This document shows, piece by piece, positions 20,616-30,257 of a DNA stretch of 64,000 nucleotides. The notes below the pieces were generated by a model. That model was not told where the DNA came from. It did not search any database and worked only from the letters and a program-made list of their open reading frames with translations. Made by a program: the position numbers and the translations under genes. Origin of the DNA: Promethearchaeota archaeon (GTDB lineage: Archaea; Asgardarchaeota; Lokiarchaeia; Sigyniarchaeales; SOKP01); the NCBI GenBank assembly GCA_019057795.1, contig JAHLWS010000070.1:128001-192000 (forward strand). The letters are read 5' to 3'. Each line of letters opens with the position of its first letter. The first letter of the stretch is position 1.

Positions 20616-21560
20616 CTACATGAAAGTAGATTGTAGGATCTTACGAAATTTTTCTAATTCTATCTTGATTTCATTAATTTTACTTGTTGGAGTACTTATT
20701 CCTATATAAAATGTATTTTCTATATTACCAGAGATTATTGAATACCTTTTTACATATTCCGTTCTATCCTCGGACAACGCTACTCTATCGTCTATTTTAA
20801 CATCTTCATCTTTTAATCTCTGAAAAAATTCAAGATCTTCGTTAATTCTATTACTAATTTTCTCTTCAAAAGCTCTTATATCCATAACATCCATGTAATG
20901 ATCAGATATGATAAGTCCTGATGCGGTGTATAAAATTGCATAACTACAACTAAACTGATTAACAATTTTACTTAATCCTATATCAATTACATCTAAATTT
21001 AATAATTTATCCAAAGAATAAGAAATTGCTTTCGAAATTGACGAAATGTCGTAGTAAGATGTGTCAAAGAATTTAAATTTCATATCTTTATTTTGGGATA
21101 AAATTAAATTTTTAATCATTTCTGCTCGATCGAAAAAATCTTCACTATTTTTAAATTTTGGATCATATTTATTGAAACATATTATCACTTCGTTGGAATA
21201 ATCTAAATCTCTATAAATATCTAACAAATCATGAAGATATTTTACAGATTCTTCGAATTTGATTTCATCCTGAATATCTATAAGATAATAAATATAATTT
21301 GTTTCAGTAAAATATATGGGATTACTTACGTATATTTTTCTGAATTTCTTCTGACCACCCATATCCCAAAGATTAATTCGATAGGTTTCTAGGAATTTAA
21401 AAGAACTATAATCTATTTTTATTGTAGGCTTTAGATTTTTCACCCGTTCGTAAAAGTTATATTTTTTTCTTAAAGCAATTAACGCACTACTTTTTCCGGC
21501 ATTGTCTAAACCAGCGATAACTAATTTAAATTCATTTTTTTCGCGCTTATCTATCGTCAT
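20616..21560 (-). CDS. Arf/Rag-like small GTPase with C-terminal roadblock/longin-like domain
   Basis: GLDNAGKS, PT, WDMGGQ, NKYD, DTS; C-terminal YAILYTASGLIIS. Confidence 0.85.
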   Translation of the reverse strand: MTIDKREKNEFKLVIAGLDNAGKSSALIALRKKYNFYERVKNLKPTIKIDYSSFKFLETYRINLWDMGGQKKFRKIYVSNPIYFTETNYIYYLIDIQDEIKFEESVKYLHDLLDIYRDLDYSNEVIICFNKYDPKFKNSEDFFDRAEMIKNLILSQNKDMKFKFFDTSYYDISSISKAISYSLDKLLNLDVIDIGLSKIVNQFSCSYAILYTASGLIISDHYMDVMDIRAFEEKISNRINEDLEFFQRLKDEDVKIDDRVALSEDRTEYVKRYSIISGNIENTFYIGISTPTSKINEIKIELEKFRKILQSTFM

Positions 21561-21746
21561 ATTTACTAAATTTTTAATATTTTTTTATTAATTAACAATC
21601 TCTAAAATTAAATTATAAATCTTATTTTTTTTATTTATTTTTATGCTAATTGTAAAAAAACTCAAATTTGAAATTACAATTATATTTTCAATAAAATTTT
21701 TTAATAAACAAATCATTAAATAAATCTGATAAAAACTAACTAGTAT

Positions 21747-22781
21747 ATGATGTATATGGACGCTAAAGATATAGATTATTATTCTCTAGGTTTTGAATAT
21801 ATTGAAACTAAAACTATGTTTGTTTCAGATTACAACGACGGAAAATGGGACGAAGGAAAATTAGTCCCGTTCGGAAAATTTGAAATTTCACCTGCTGCTT
21901 GTGTATTGAATTATGGACAGGGAATATTTGAGGGTATGAAAGCGTTAAGAACTAAAAATGGAGAAAAAGTCCTCTTTAGACCAAAGGAAAACGCGAAAAG
22001 ATTTAACGAAAGTGCTAGTAGAATGTTAATGCCAAATTATGACGTAAGCAAATTTGTTGATGCGGTTAAAGATGTGGTGAGAGCAAATGAAGAATATATA
22101 CCACCTTATGATAGTGCTGGAGCACTTTACCTTCGTCCTTTAATGATTGGAAATGGACCGATAGTTGGTGTAAAACCAGCAAAAAGTTATAAATTTATAA
22201 TTTTTGCGATTCCGGTAGGACCGTATTTCCCAGAAGGATTTAGGGGTATTGATTTAGAGATTACGAAGAAGTATACAAGAGCCGCTCCAGGTGGGACTGG
22301 TGCAACCAAAACATGTTGCAATTATGCCGGATCTATGTTAGCTGGAAAGGAAGCTAAAGAAAAGGGCTTTGCTCAAGTCATTTTTTTAGACGCAGTTCAT
22401 ATGGAATTTATTGAGGAGGTTGGAGCGGCAAATTTTTTTGCTGTGATTAACGGAACCCTTGCAACTCCAAAAACAACTGGAACAATTTTGCCCGGTATTA
22501 CGCGTAAATCAATTTTAGAATTAGCTTCAAAGAAAATGGGAATAAAAATTGAAGAGCGAGATATTTCCTATAAAGAATTGTTTGAAAATTCTTGTTCTGA
22601 AGCTTTTTGTGCAGGAACTGCTGCAGTTATTACTCCGATTAAATCTATTGTCCTTGAGGATAAAAAAAGGATTTTTAGTGAAGGTGAACCTGGCGAAATT
22701 ACAAGAAAGATTTATGAATTGCTGGTGGGTATTCAGCGTTTAGATATTGATGATGAATTTGGTTGGGTTGTAAAGATTTGA
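21747..22781 (+). CDS. ilvE: Branched-chain amino acid aminotransferase
   Basis: YGQGIFEGMKA, LYLRP, K..NYA, EEVGAANFF, ILPGITR, GTAAVI. Confidence 0.95.
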   Translation: MMYMDAKDIDYYSLGFEYIETKTMFVSDYNDGKWDEGKLVPFGKFEISPAACVLNYGQGIFEGMKALRTKNGEKVLFRPKENAKRFNESASRMLMPNYDVSKFVDAVKDVVRANEEYIPPYDSAGALYLRPLMIGNGPIVGVKPAKSYKFIIFAIPVGPYFPEGFRGIDLEITKKYTRAAPGGTGATKTCCNYAGSMLAGKEAKEKGFAQVIFLDAVHMEFIEEVGAANFFAVINGTLATPKTTGTILPGITRKSILELASKKMGIKIEERDISYKELFENSCSEAFCAGTAAVITPIKSIVLEDKKRIFSEGEPGEITRKIYELLVGIQRLDIDDEFGWVVKI

Positions 22782-22834
22782 AAAAAATAAAGTCTAGCAA
22801 TAGAATTTAATTAAACTCTTTTTTTATGTGTTTT

Positions 22835-24025
22835 TTAATTAACCAATAACATTAAAGAAAAAACTGCATACAGAATTCCAAAACAGATAAGTGTTGGTAT
22901 AACTATATGTTTAAACGATTTTATATAATTAGTTTTAAAATAATTAATATTATAGGCTAAACAAGGATGAAGTGGGGTAATTAAATATCCTAAGTAAATT
23001 GCAAAATAAAGAAAAACAAAATCGATTATGGGCATTGATAGGACTAAGTTTTGAATCAAATAAATCGGGATTAGAATTGAACTCGGTAATTGTACTCTAC
23101 CAGTAGTAAATCCAAGGATAAACCCAATACTGATGAATAAAGCAAAGTGTAGATTTAAAGCGCCAATCTGTTCAGGCACTCCAGATTCTAAGAAAATACT
23201 CAGAAACAAAAACATTGAGATGATTAGTAGAGGAAATCTCCATACTTTCATTTTTCGCGAAATTTCTTTTATATTAAATACATTCATTTTAGCAAACTTT
23301 AATGCGATGGAAATGCTTATGATTAAACCTATAAAAACAAACAATTCAGGAAAACTTATTGGGAAAAAGAGTCTTCCTAAGAAATCTATAATGGGAGCGA
23401 TGATGAGGGGAATCAAATTATGGAAAACTAGTTTTAAGTTTCGGTTTGTTGATTCTTTTGATTTATCTACTGGTTTAAGTAAAGTAAAATATCCTACAAA
23501 AACCATTAAAATAAATGGAATTAATAAAGCTAAAACAATTAAATAAAGTGATATCCCAGATAGGACACTTGCCACGAGAATAGCAGATGAGAGAGGATAA
23601 ATTAAAAGTAAAACATGTCGATACCAGACATTAATTGCGACTTTTCGATTAGAATCTAAAGCCGGATCTATTTGGTCTACTATTGGTGCCGACATTAATG
23701 CCCCTCCTGCCACAGGTAATAAGCCAAATAATGCTGGACTGACCATTAAAGCAACTTTCTTAGAAACTTTCATATTTTGAATTAATTCAAGCATGAGTCC
23801 CGATTCTTCCATTATACCGCCTAAAATTGGTATTAACAAAACTGAAAGCGCTAATAAAACAATTGAAGGATTAATAATAACTTCAATCATGGAATTAATA
23901 ATGTTTACTTGAGTTAAAAGTCCAAAAATGATTGCGCTAATGCCTAAAACAACACTTAGCTCTTTCTTTGAGAAAATTAAGATCAAAGCAATAATAAGAA
24001 GAAAGCTTAATAACGGGGGAATCAC
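22835..24025 (-). CDS. DUF401-family putative transporter
   Basis: GLLPVAGGALMSAP, NVWYRH...YPL, TPLHPCL; many TM helices. Confidence 0.8.
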   Translation of the reverse strand: MIPPLLSFLLIIALILIFSKKELSVVLGISAIIFGLLTQVNIINSMIEVIINPSIVLLALSVLLIPILGGIMEESGLMLELIQNMKVSKKVALMVSPALFGLLPVAGGALMSAPIVDQIDPALDSNRKVAINVWYRHVLLLIYPLSSAILVASVLSGISLYLIVLALLIPFILMVFVGYFTLLKPVDKSKESTNRNLKLVFHNLIPLIIAPIIDFLGRLFFPISFPELFVFIGLIISISIALKFAKMNVFNIKEISRKMKVWRFPLLIISMFLFLSIFLESGVPEQIGALNLHFALFISIGFILGFTTGRVQLPSSILIPIYLIQNLVLSMPIIDFVFLYFAIYLGYLITPLHPCLAYNINYFKTNYIKSFKHIVIPTLICFGILYAVFSLMLLVN

Positions 24026-24125
24026 ATTAAAGAAAATATTTAATTCCTTAAAAATTACGCTATAGCATCTTTGTGGGAGAATAGAAGATCATTTAAAAAT
24101 TTCGCAAAGTCATTAAAAAATAGAA

Positions 24126-24635
24126 TTAAAAGGATAGTTTTTCTATCAAAATTTCGAAAGCTGTTTTGATGTTTTCCCCTGTCTTTGACGAGATCTTTAC
24201 ATAACTTATAATATTTTCATATTCTTTCTTAATTTCTGAGATAAATTCATCTATAGAGAGGGATTCATAAGGATTAACCAAATCTTTTTTAGTTCCTATC
24301 AATAATATAGGAATATTTCCAAATTCTTTTAATGTAACTATCCATTCTTGAACATTTTCAATTGTATTTATTCTCGTTAAATCAAAAAGAATAAAAGCTG
24401 CGAGAGAACCGTCAACAAAACCATTCAAAAATGTTTTGAATTGATCTTGTCCAGCAAAGTCCCACATTATAAAATTAAATTCAGTTCCATTAACAGCAAT
24501 AATTTTTGAGTAAAAATCAACGCCTCTGGTTAATCTACGATTAGCTTCAAAACTATCATGAACAAGCCGATTTAGAAATGAGGTTTTTCCTACTCCGCCA
24601 TCACCGGAAACAATGATTTTTATCGTTTTCTTCAT
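24126..24635 (-). CDS. Rab-like small GTPase
   Basis: GDGGVGKT, TRGVDF, WDFAGQDQF, GTKKDL, SSKTG. Confidence 0.9.
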   Translation of the reverse strand: MKKTIKIIVSGDGGVGKTSFLNRLVHDSFEANRRLTRGVDFYSKIIAVNGTEFNFIMWDFAGQDQFKTFLNGFVDGSLAAFILFDLTRINTIENVQEWIVTLKEFGNIPILLIGTKKDLVNPYESLSIDEFISEIKKEYENIISYVKISSKTGENIKTAFEILIEKLSF

Positions 24636-24780
24636 GATTATTAATATCTGTTTAGCTAAAGATTTAAAAACTTATATTTAAAATTAAATTTTGTAATATT
24701 AGAACATAAAAAAAAATTATTAGAGCATTTAATATGCTTTTACAAAAATGTCCAGGTAAACTAACGGTAAAACAAAAAAT

Positions 24781-25293
24781 ATGTCAGTTAAAATAATAAT
24801 TATAGGTGATACACACTTAAATTCTTTTAAAAAATTGCCAAAAGAAATGGCCCAAGCTATAAAAGAAGGGGAGTGGATTATTCATGTAGGGGACTATACG
24901 TCAATAGATACGGTAGAAGGTTTAATAAGGTGGAAAGGCGATAAATTTAAAGGAGTGTTTGGTAATGCCGATCCTTTGAGTATTAGGAAGATATTACCAG
25001 ATAAGATTATATTAGAGATAAAGGGTAAAAAAATAGGGATTACGCATCCATTCTGTGGAGGCCCTGAAACATTTATTAAGGCAAGGGTGAAAAGAGAGTT
25101 TAAGGACTATGATGTTGATGCAATTGTATTTGGGCATACTCATGAACCTGAAATAATAGAGGTGAATAAAATTTTACTGATAAACCCCGGGAAAGGGTAT
25201 TTAGAAAAAAATTCTTTTGGAACTACAACTTCTTTTGCAATTTTAACAGTAACTGAAACGTTACAAGCAGAAATTATTAAAATTGCCCTTTAA
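24781..25293 (+). CDS. YfcE/MJ0936/Vps29-family metallophosphoesterase
   Basis: GDTH, HVGD, GNAD, GHTH, INPG. Confidence 0.88.
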   Translation: MSVKIIIIGDTHLNSFKKLPKEMAQAIKEGEWIIHVGDYTSIDTVEGLIRWKGDKFKGVFGNADPLSIRKILPDKIILEIKGKKIGITHPFCGGPETFIKARVKREFKDYDVDAIVFGHTHEPEIIEVNKILLINPGKGYLEKNSFGTTTSFAILTVTETLQAEIIKIAL

Positions 25294-25324
25294 AATCATA
25301 ATCAATAATTTTCAACAAATTTAG

Positions 25325-25430
25325 AAGATGTGTGTAAAGATATTAAGCAGCATGGGGGATTCAAGAGGGTTTAATACTATTTTTACCATCCTATTGAGCA
25401 CTCATAATTTCTACTCACATTTCGACACTC
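25325..25430 (+). other. Intergenic long irregular hairpin (candidate ncRNA)
   Basis: Nested stems AGATGTGTGTA/TACTCACATTT, ATGGG/CTCAT, TTCAA/TTGAG with G-U pairs on + strand. Confidence 0.35.
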
Positions 25431-25602
25431 TTTGATACAAAATTCATCCTTGCTAAAATTCTTTTTAAGTTTAATTCAGAATAAAATACATAAAAAAAAA
25501 TAGGGTTTAAAAATCAATTTTATAAAATAATGATTAGAATAGATAAATAATTTCAATTAAAATTAAATTTGAAATTGAATTGAACTTTAAAGGTAATGAA
25601 AA

Positions 25603-26442
25603 TTGGAAGGAAAAAAGAGAACCTATTTGTATGGCATTCTAATAGTTATTTTAGCTTTAATAATATCGTTTACTATGTTGTTTACTTTTTACTGGTCTGT
25701 TTTGGTTTGGACTCTTGCTGCTAACGAAGACTTTTTGTTAGGTTTGGTTGTTATTATTAGCAGAATCTTGATATTAGGAATTATGTCGTTCTTTCTCTAT
25801 CGCAAATGGTTAAAGCAAGAAGCAATATATACTTCAGATGCTTATTTTTTATTCGGATCCTTTTTCGGTATACTATCATTTGGAAAAATCTACGACATCT
25901 TTTATAACCTAGCGTTTATGTCCATGGAGTTTGATGCGGAATTTATTTTACTTTTGTTAAAAATACGGTTTTTTATAATAGTTGTAAATGTAATGCCAAT
26001 TTTATATATAGGATTAGAAGTAATCATTACATTTTTTAACATGTATAAGAATAAAGAGATGAATAAGAAGCAATTTAACAAGTTAAGATTGAGGATCATT
26101 TTAATTTTTATCTTGATATTAGTATTAATCATAAGCTTGGCTCCAACACCTGATTTTCTCAGCAAAATTCTTCCGTTCATCACACTGGTAATGTTTTTAG
26201 GAATTGCTATCATGTTCTTGTTTATGTACAAAAATGAACGTTTATCCCAAGCAAATGGTTTAATTATTGGAATCGCTTTTATTTGTTTTATCGCTTCTAA
26301 TTTGCTTCGAGCAATTCTACTAAGCACAGAGCTCTACTACATTGTTTTCGTTGAATTAATTGACATTGGTGTTACTCTACTTATATTTATTGGATTTGTT
26401 ACTAAACCTAAATATGCTAAAATAAAAAGCAAATCTAAATGA
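25603..26442 (+). CDS. Hypothetical multi-pass membrane protein (7-8 TM)
   Basis: Alternating hydrophobic helices and basic loops. Confidence 0.75.
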   Translation: MEGKKRTYLYGILIVILALIISFTMLFTFYWSVLVWTLAANEDFLLGLVVIISRILILGIMSFFLYRKWLKQEAIYTSDAYFLFGSFFGILSFGKIYDIFYNLAFMSMEFDAEFILLLLKIRFFIIVVNVMPILYIGLEVIITFFNMYKNKEMNKKQFNKLRLRIILIFILILVLIISLAPTPDFLSKILPFITLVMFLGIAIMFLFMYKNERLSQANGLIIGIAFICFIASNLLRAILLSTELYYIVFVELIDIGVTLLIFIGFVTKPKYAKIKSKSK

Positions 26443-26569
26443 TTTGTATTTTTTAATATTCCTATTATTTTTTTTTCATGAGTTTTTACGATTAATTTCG
26501 AGCTTTAAAAACTTTAATTTAAATAAATTGTTAGAAATTATATAATTGAAATATTATTTAGTGGTTTTA

Positions 26570-27256
26570 ATGAAGATTTCTAAAAATTGGAAAAATTTTG
26601 CCTCATTATTTATAATATTTGGTCCGGTTCAATATGTAATATTTACCGCAGTAGCTATGATATATTACGCTGGAGGAACAATTGTAAATCCTCTTAGTTT
26701 AGGATATAATTTTTGGGGTAATTTTTTTAGTGATTTAGGTCGTGTTACGGCACTTTCAGGGGCTTCGAATGTTATTTCCTTTACCATATTTACAATAACT
26801 GCGTTAATACTAAGTTTTTCCTTTATTCCTTTTGCTTTTGCTCTTCCGACATTTTTTAAAAATGACAAAAATCAATATCTTATCGCCAGAATTGGTTCTT
26901 TAACTTGTTTAATTTCTATCTTCTTTTTAATTACTACTATTTTAACGCCATGGGATATTTTTTCTACAACCCATTTGATGTTTGCTAATTTGTTCAACAT
27001 CACCGGAGCTATAGGAGTAATATTTTTTGCCGTTGCTGTTTTATACAACAAAAATTACCCAAATATTTACGCTTTCACATATGGAGTGCTGTTGATCATC
27101 GCTATTGTTTATACTGTAGTGTTGGTATTTTTACCAAAATCTATAACACCAGAGGGTTTAATAATACAAGCGTCCATGCAAAAGATTTCTCAATATTCGT
27201 TTCTATTTTGTTTCTTAATCCAAGGTTACGGTGCTTGGAAACTCCAAAAAAGCTAA
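26570..27256 (+). CDS. DUF998-like membrane protein
   Basis: YAGG...GYNFWGNFFSDLG, H in TM, QK motif. Confidence 0.65.
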   Translation: MKISKNWKNFASLFIIFGPVQYVIFTAVAMIYYAGGTIVNPLSLGYNFWGNFFSDLGRVTALSGASNVISFTIFTITALILSFSFIPFAFALPTFFKNDKNQYLIARIGSLTCLISIFFLITTILTPWDIFSTTHLMFANLFNITGAIGVIFFAVAVLYNKNYPNIYAFTYGVLLIIAIVYTVVLVFLPKSITPEGLIIQASMQKISQYSFLFCFLIQGYGAWKLQKS

Positions 27257-27305
27257 GTAAAAGCAGTAAATTCTATCTAAAACTTTATTTTTATTTTAAA
27301 TAAGA

Positions 27306-28778
27306 TTAAAACTTATTGTTTGACTCTTGTACTAAAATGCTAAAATTTTTGACCATTTCTTCCAAACTGGGAAAATCTGGAAGATTATTCTCGCCTAATA
27401 CTTTTGAAACTCTACGAACTTCCTTGTCTTCACCAACTAACCAAAAGAATATTGGTTTTGAAGAGTGTTTAACATTATCTATTATTTGATCTATATCGTT
27501 CATAGCCCTAAATTGTCTCGAACAGAACATCATATTAAAAATTCCTTCGACATTGGGCTCACTTAATAATGTTTTATAAACATGGGTTGTTACAACATCA
27601 GGTCTTACTTTGTTCATCATAGCTTTTTCCATTGCAGGCCAAATATCTATAAAAGCAAACCTATTCGGAGGCATCCAATCAGGAAACACATCTACGAGTG
27701 CATCGTACGCTTTATTTCCTAAAATAGGATAATTTAAACCATATTTCATAGTTAGATCTGCCGTTATTGTACCAGCACCTCCCGAACCGGCTACGAATGA
27801 AACGTTACCTTTTTTTGGTAGAATTTTACCCGTCTCATAAATAATTGAAAATGTCCGAGCAAATTGAAATAACTCGTAAAAGCTATTGGCGTAGATTACT
27901 CCTGATTGTTTGATGATTCCATTGATCAAACGCGAGTTTTCAGCTAAGGAACCTGTATGACTAAGGGACGCCTTCTGACCTTGTGGAGTTGTCCCACCTC
28001 TTAATAAGATTATTGTCTTATTAGGCATAGATCTTACCTTCCTACAAAGTTCAATAAATTTTCTCGAATTTTTAAACGATTCTAGATATATTGCAATAAC
28101 ATTAACGGAATTATCTTTTATTAAGTACTCTAAGAATTCTATTTCGCTCAAATCCATTTTGTTCCCAATAGAACACGCATATCTAAATCCTAGATTGGGA
28201 TATTTTGTCATAACATGCATTAGATATCCGCCATTTAACATCCCCGATTGGCTAATTATTGCAATATTGCCCCTTTTAAAATTAGAGAAAACACCAAAAC
28301 CAGAAAAAAAGCCTTCTTTTTCCTCACCATCGCTATCTCCATCAATAGTACTAAGACCCATGCAATTAGGTCCAACAATTCTTATTTTGGAAAAATTTTC
28401 GGTAATTTCGACGATTTTATTTTTTAATTCAATACCTTTTTCACCGACTTCTTCGAATCCAGATGCTTCAATAATCGCCCCTTTTACGCCTTTTTTAATG
28501 CAATCCTTTAAAATGTCAGGAATAAATCGATTTGGAATGTAAAAAATCGCAATTTCGACATCATCTTCAACATCCAAGATGCTTTTTTTGAATTCTAAAT
28601 TATATAGTTTACCTTCTGCATTAGGGTTAATAAGATGAACTTTTCCTTTAAAATTGTTTGTTATAAGATTAGTAGCGATCCGAAATCCACCTTTAGTTAA
28701 CTTTTTTGAGGCACCTATAACAGCTACAGATTTTGGATGTAAAAACACATCTATTATGTCCGTATTTACCAATACCAT
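27306..28778 (-). CDS. Acetate/acyl-CoA ligase (ADP-forming) alpha-subunit-like CoA-binding protein
   Basis: PKSVAVIGAS, GPNCMG, SQSG, GNKMD, SHTGSLA phospho-His loop, GSGGAG. Confidence 0.88.
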   Translation of the reverse strand: MVLVNTDIIDVFLHPKSVAVIGASKKLTKGGFRIATNLITNNFKGKVHLINPNAEGKLYNLEFKKSILDVEDDVEIAIFYIPNRFIPDILKDCIKKGVKGAIIEASGFEEVGEKGIELKNKIVEITENFSKIRIVGPNCMGLSTIDGDSDGEEKEGFFSGFGVFSNFKRGNIAIISQSGMLNGGYLMHVMTKYPNLGFRYACSIGNKMDLSEIEFLEYLIKDNSVNVIAIYLESFKNSRKFIELCRKVRSMPNKTIILLRGGTTPQGQKASLSHTGSLAENSRLINGIIKQSGVIYANSFYELFQFARTFSIIYETGKILPKKGNVSFVAGSGGAGTITADLTMKYGLNYPILGNKAYDALVDVFPDWMPPNRFAFIDIWPAMEKAMMNKVRPDVVTTHVYKTLLSEPNVEGIFNMMFCSRQFRAMNDIDQIIDNVKHSSKPIFFWLVGEDKEVRRVSKVLGENNLPDFPSLEEMVKNFSILVQESNNKF

Positions 28779-28984
28779 ACCACTCTTTTTTTTTGTTTAA
28801 GCTAGAATCTTATTAATTAACTCTGAGTAAACTTGTTGCTAAAGTAAAATCAATTTTGTTAGAAAAGGTATAGGAAAAGTTAAACTATTCGAAATTAAAC
28901 TATAATTTATTTATTAATTCGTATAAATAATAGAAAACTCTCATAGTCATCTGTTATATATTCAAGATAAAATATTCCAAAAGT

Positions 28985-29209
28985 ATGATGCAAAATATCG
29001 ATTGGCAAAATTATAGACATCCCAAATTTCTACAATCGTTAAACTTAACATTAGACGAGCTTAAGCTTTTAAACTTATTTTTAAAGCAAAGAAAGCTTGA
29101 TAAGGTTGATGAGATAGAAAATAGGGAAATTTCAAGGCTTCTTACCACTAGTAATAACCCAAATTCTTCAAAATATTACGCTAAAGAAAAAGTTGGTATA
29201 GATATATAA
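28985..29209 (+). CDS. Small hypothetical protein
   Basis: 74-aa ATG ORF in otherwise empty gap; no motif. Confidence 0.4.
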   Translation: MMQNIDWQNYRHPKFLQSLNLTLDELKLLNLFLKQRKLDKVDEIENREISRLLTTSNNPNSSKYYAKEKVGIDI

Positions 29210-29362
29210 TAAAAACTCACGGTTCTTAATAATTAAATTATCCTATCTTTAAATTGGGTATTGTTTTTATCTTATTAATTGTACGAGAAATAGAGAACAT
29301 TTATATCTATGTTTATTTATTATGTTTTCAGTGTTTAAAATAATCCTTATAAATTTAATAAA

Positions 29363-29614
29363 ATGACTGAAAGCAACGAAAAGATAAGGGAAAGGATTAA
29401 TATCGCAGCTTACTATTTAACCCAAAAGAAACACCCTTACGACACGCTCTGTTGGATGCTTGCTGAAAGACAACTGTATTTTCAGCAAAATTTTCAGACA
29501 CCTGAAAAAAATTTAATTAAAAAAAAGGCTGCTGAAATTTTTTTCTCAACCCCACCATACGATATTCTATGCTGGTTGATATCAGAATTTGATATAATCC
29601 TGAAGACTAAATGA
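29363..29614 (+). CDS. Small protein with two DUF2934-like helical repeats
   Basis: I..AAYYL...PYDTLCWMLAE and I...AAEIF...PYDILCWLISE. Confidence 0.7.
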   Translation: MTESNEKIRERINIAAYYLTQKKHPYDTLCWMLAERQLYFQQNFQTPEKNLIKKKAAEIFFSTPPYDILCWLISEFDIILKTK

Positions 29615-29790
29615 ACTAAGAAGACTTCTAAACCGTATTTTTTAATATAGGTTTCAAATTTAAAATTAATTTAAAAATAAATTTTTAGGGTAGATACCTA
29701 ATATTCTTCTTTTTGCTCAAAATTAGTTAATAATAAGTTATAAAAAGTCAATTTTCAATACAAGCATTTAAATAGAAAAAGTAATAATTG

Positions 29791-29823
29791 TTTTTATAGT
29801 AAAAAGGATTTTTACAGTAAAAA
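29791..29823. promoter_or_regulatory. Tandem palindromic operator TTTTTAYAGTAAAAA (2 copies) downstream of TATA-like TTTAAATA (29768-29775)
   Basis: 29791-29805 TTTTTATAGTAAAAA and 29809-29823 TTTTTACAGTAAAAA, directly before an HTH gene. Confidence 0.6.
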
Positions 29824-29837
29824 TATTGTGATTTTTT

Positions 29838-30254
29838 ATGCCTGAAAAAAAAGAAAAAAAAAAGCCAATCTTTGAAAAGGTGGGTCTTGTGTTTCGAAAT
29901 CCTATGAGAGTAGAAATACTTAGGGAGCTTTCCTTAAGTTCTCAACGACCTGTAGATTTAGCAAATAAATTGGAAGTTGAACGCCAAAACATTAATTATC
30001 ACATAGGTGCGCTAAAGAGAGGAGGAATAATTAAGACACAGAAAATGGAAGTCTCAAAAGAGGAAGCGTCAAAAATGAAAGGTGCTATAGTTAATAAAGT
30101 GACTGAGAATGGAAAATTAAAAATCTCTTATGGGGTTGAACTTACAAAAAACGGCAAAGAGATAGCTAACCAATTTATAGACCCTCTTTATGAAGAAGAA
30201 AATTTGGAAGAAGAGCATAAAAATGAACGCACAATAAAAAAAGGAGGAAAGTAA
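29838..30254 (+). CDS. ArsR-like winged HTH regulator
   Basis: NPMRVEILREL...DLANKL...NINYHIGALKRGGII. Confidence 0.85.
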   Translation: MPEKKEKKKPIFEKVGLVFRNPMRVEILRELSLSSQRPVDLANKLEVERQNINYHIGALKRGGIIKTQKMEVSKEEASKMKGAIVNKVTENGKLKISYGVELTKNGKEIANQFIDPLYEEENLEEEHKNERTIKKGGK

Positions 30255-30257
30255 ATT

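Noticed and set aside
25325-25430. H/ACA guide RNA call
   Set aside because: Terminal ACA is present, but the lower stem looks too long for a pocket 14-16 nt from ACA and no K-turn was seen; kept only as a generic hairpin
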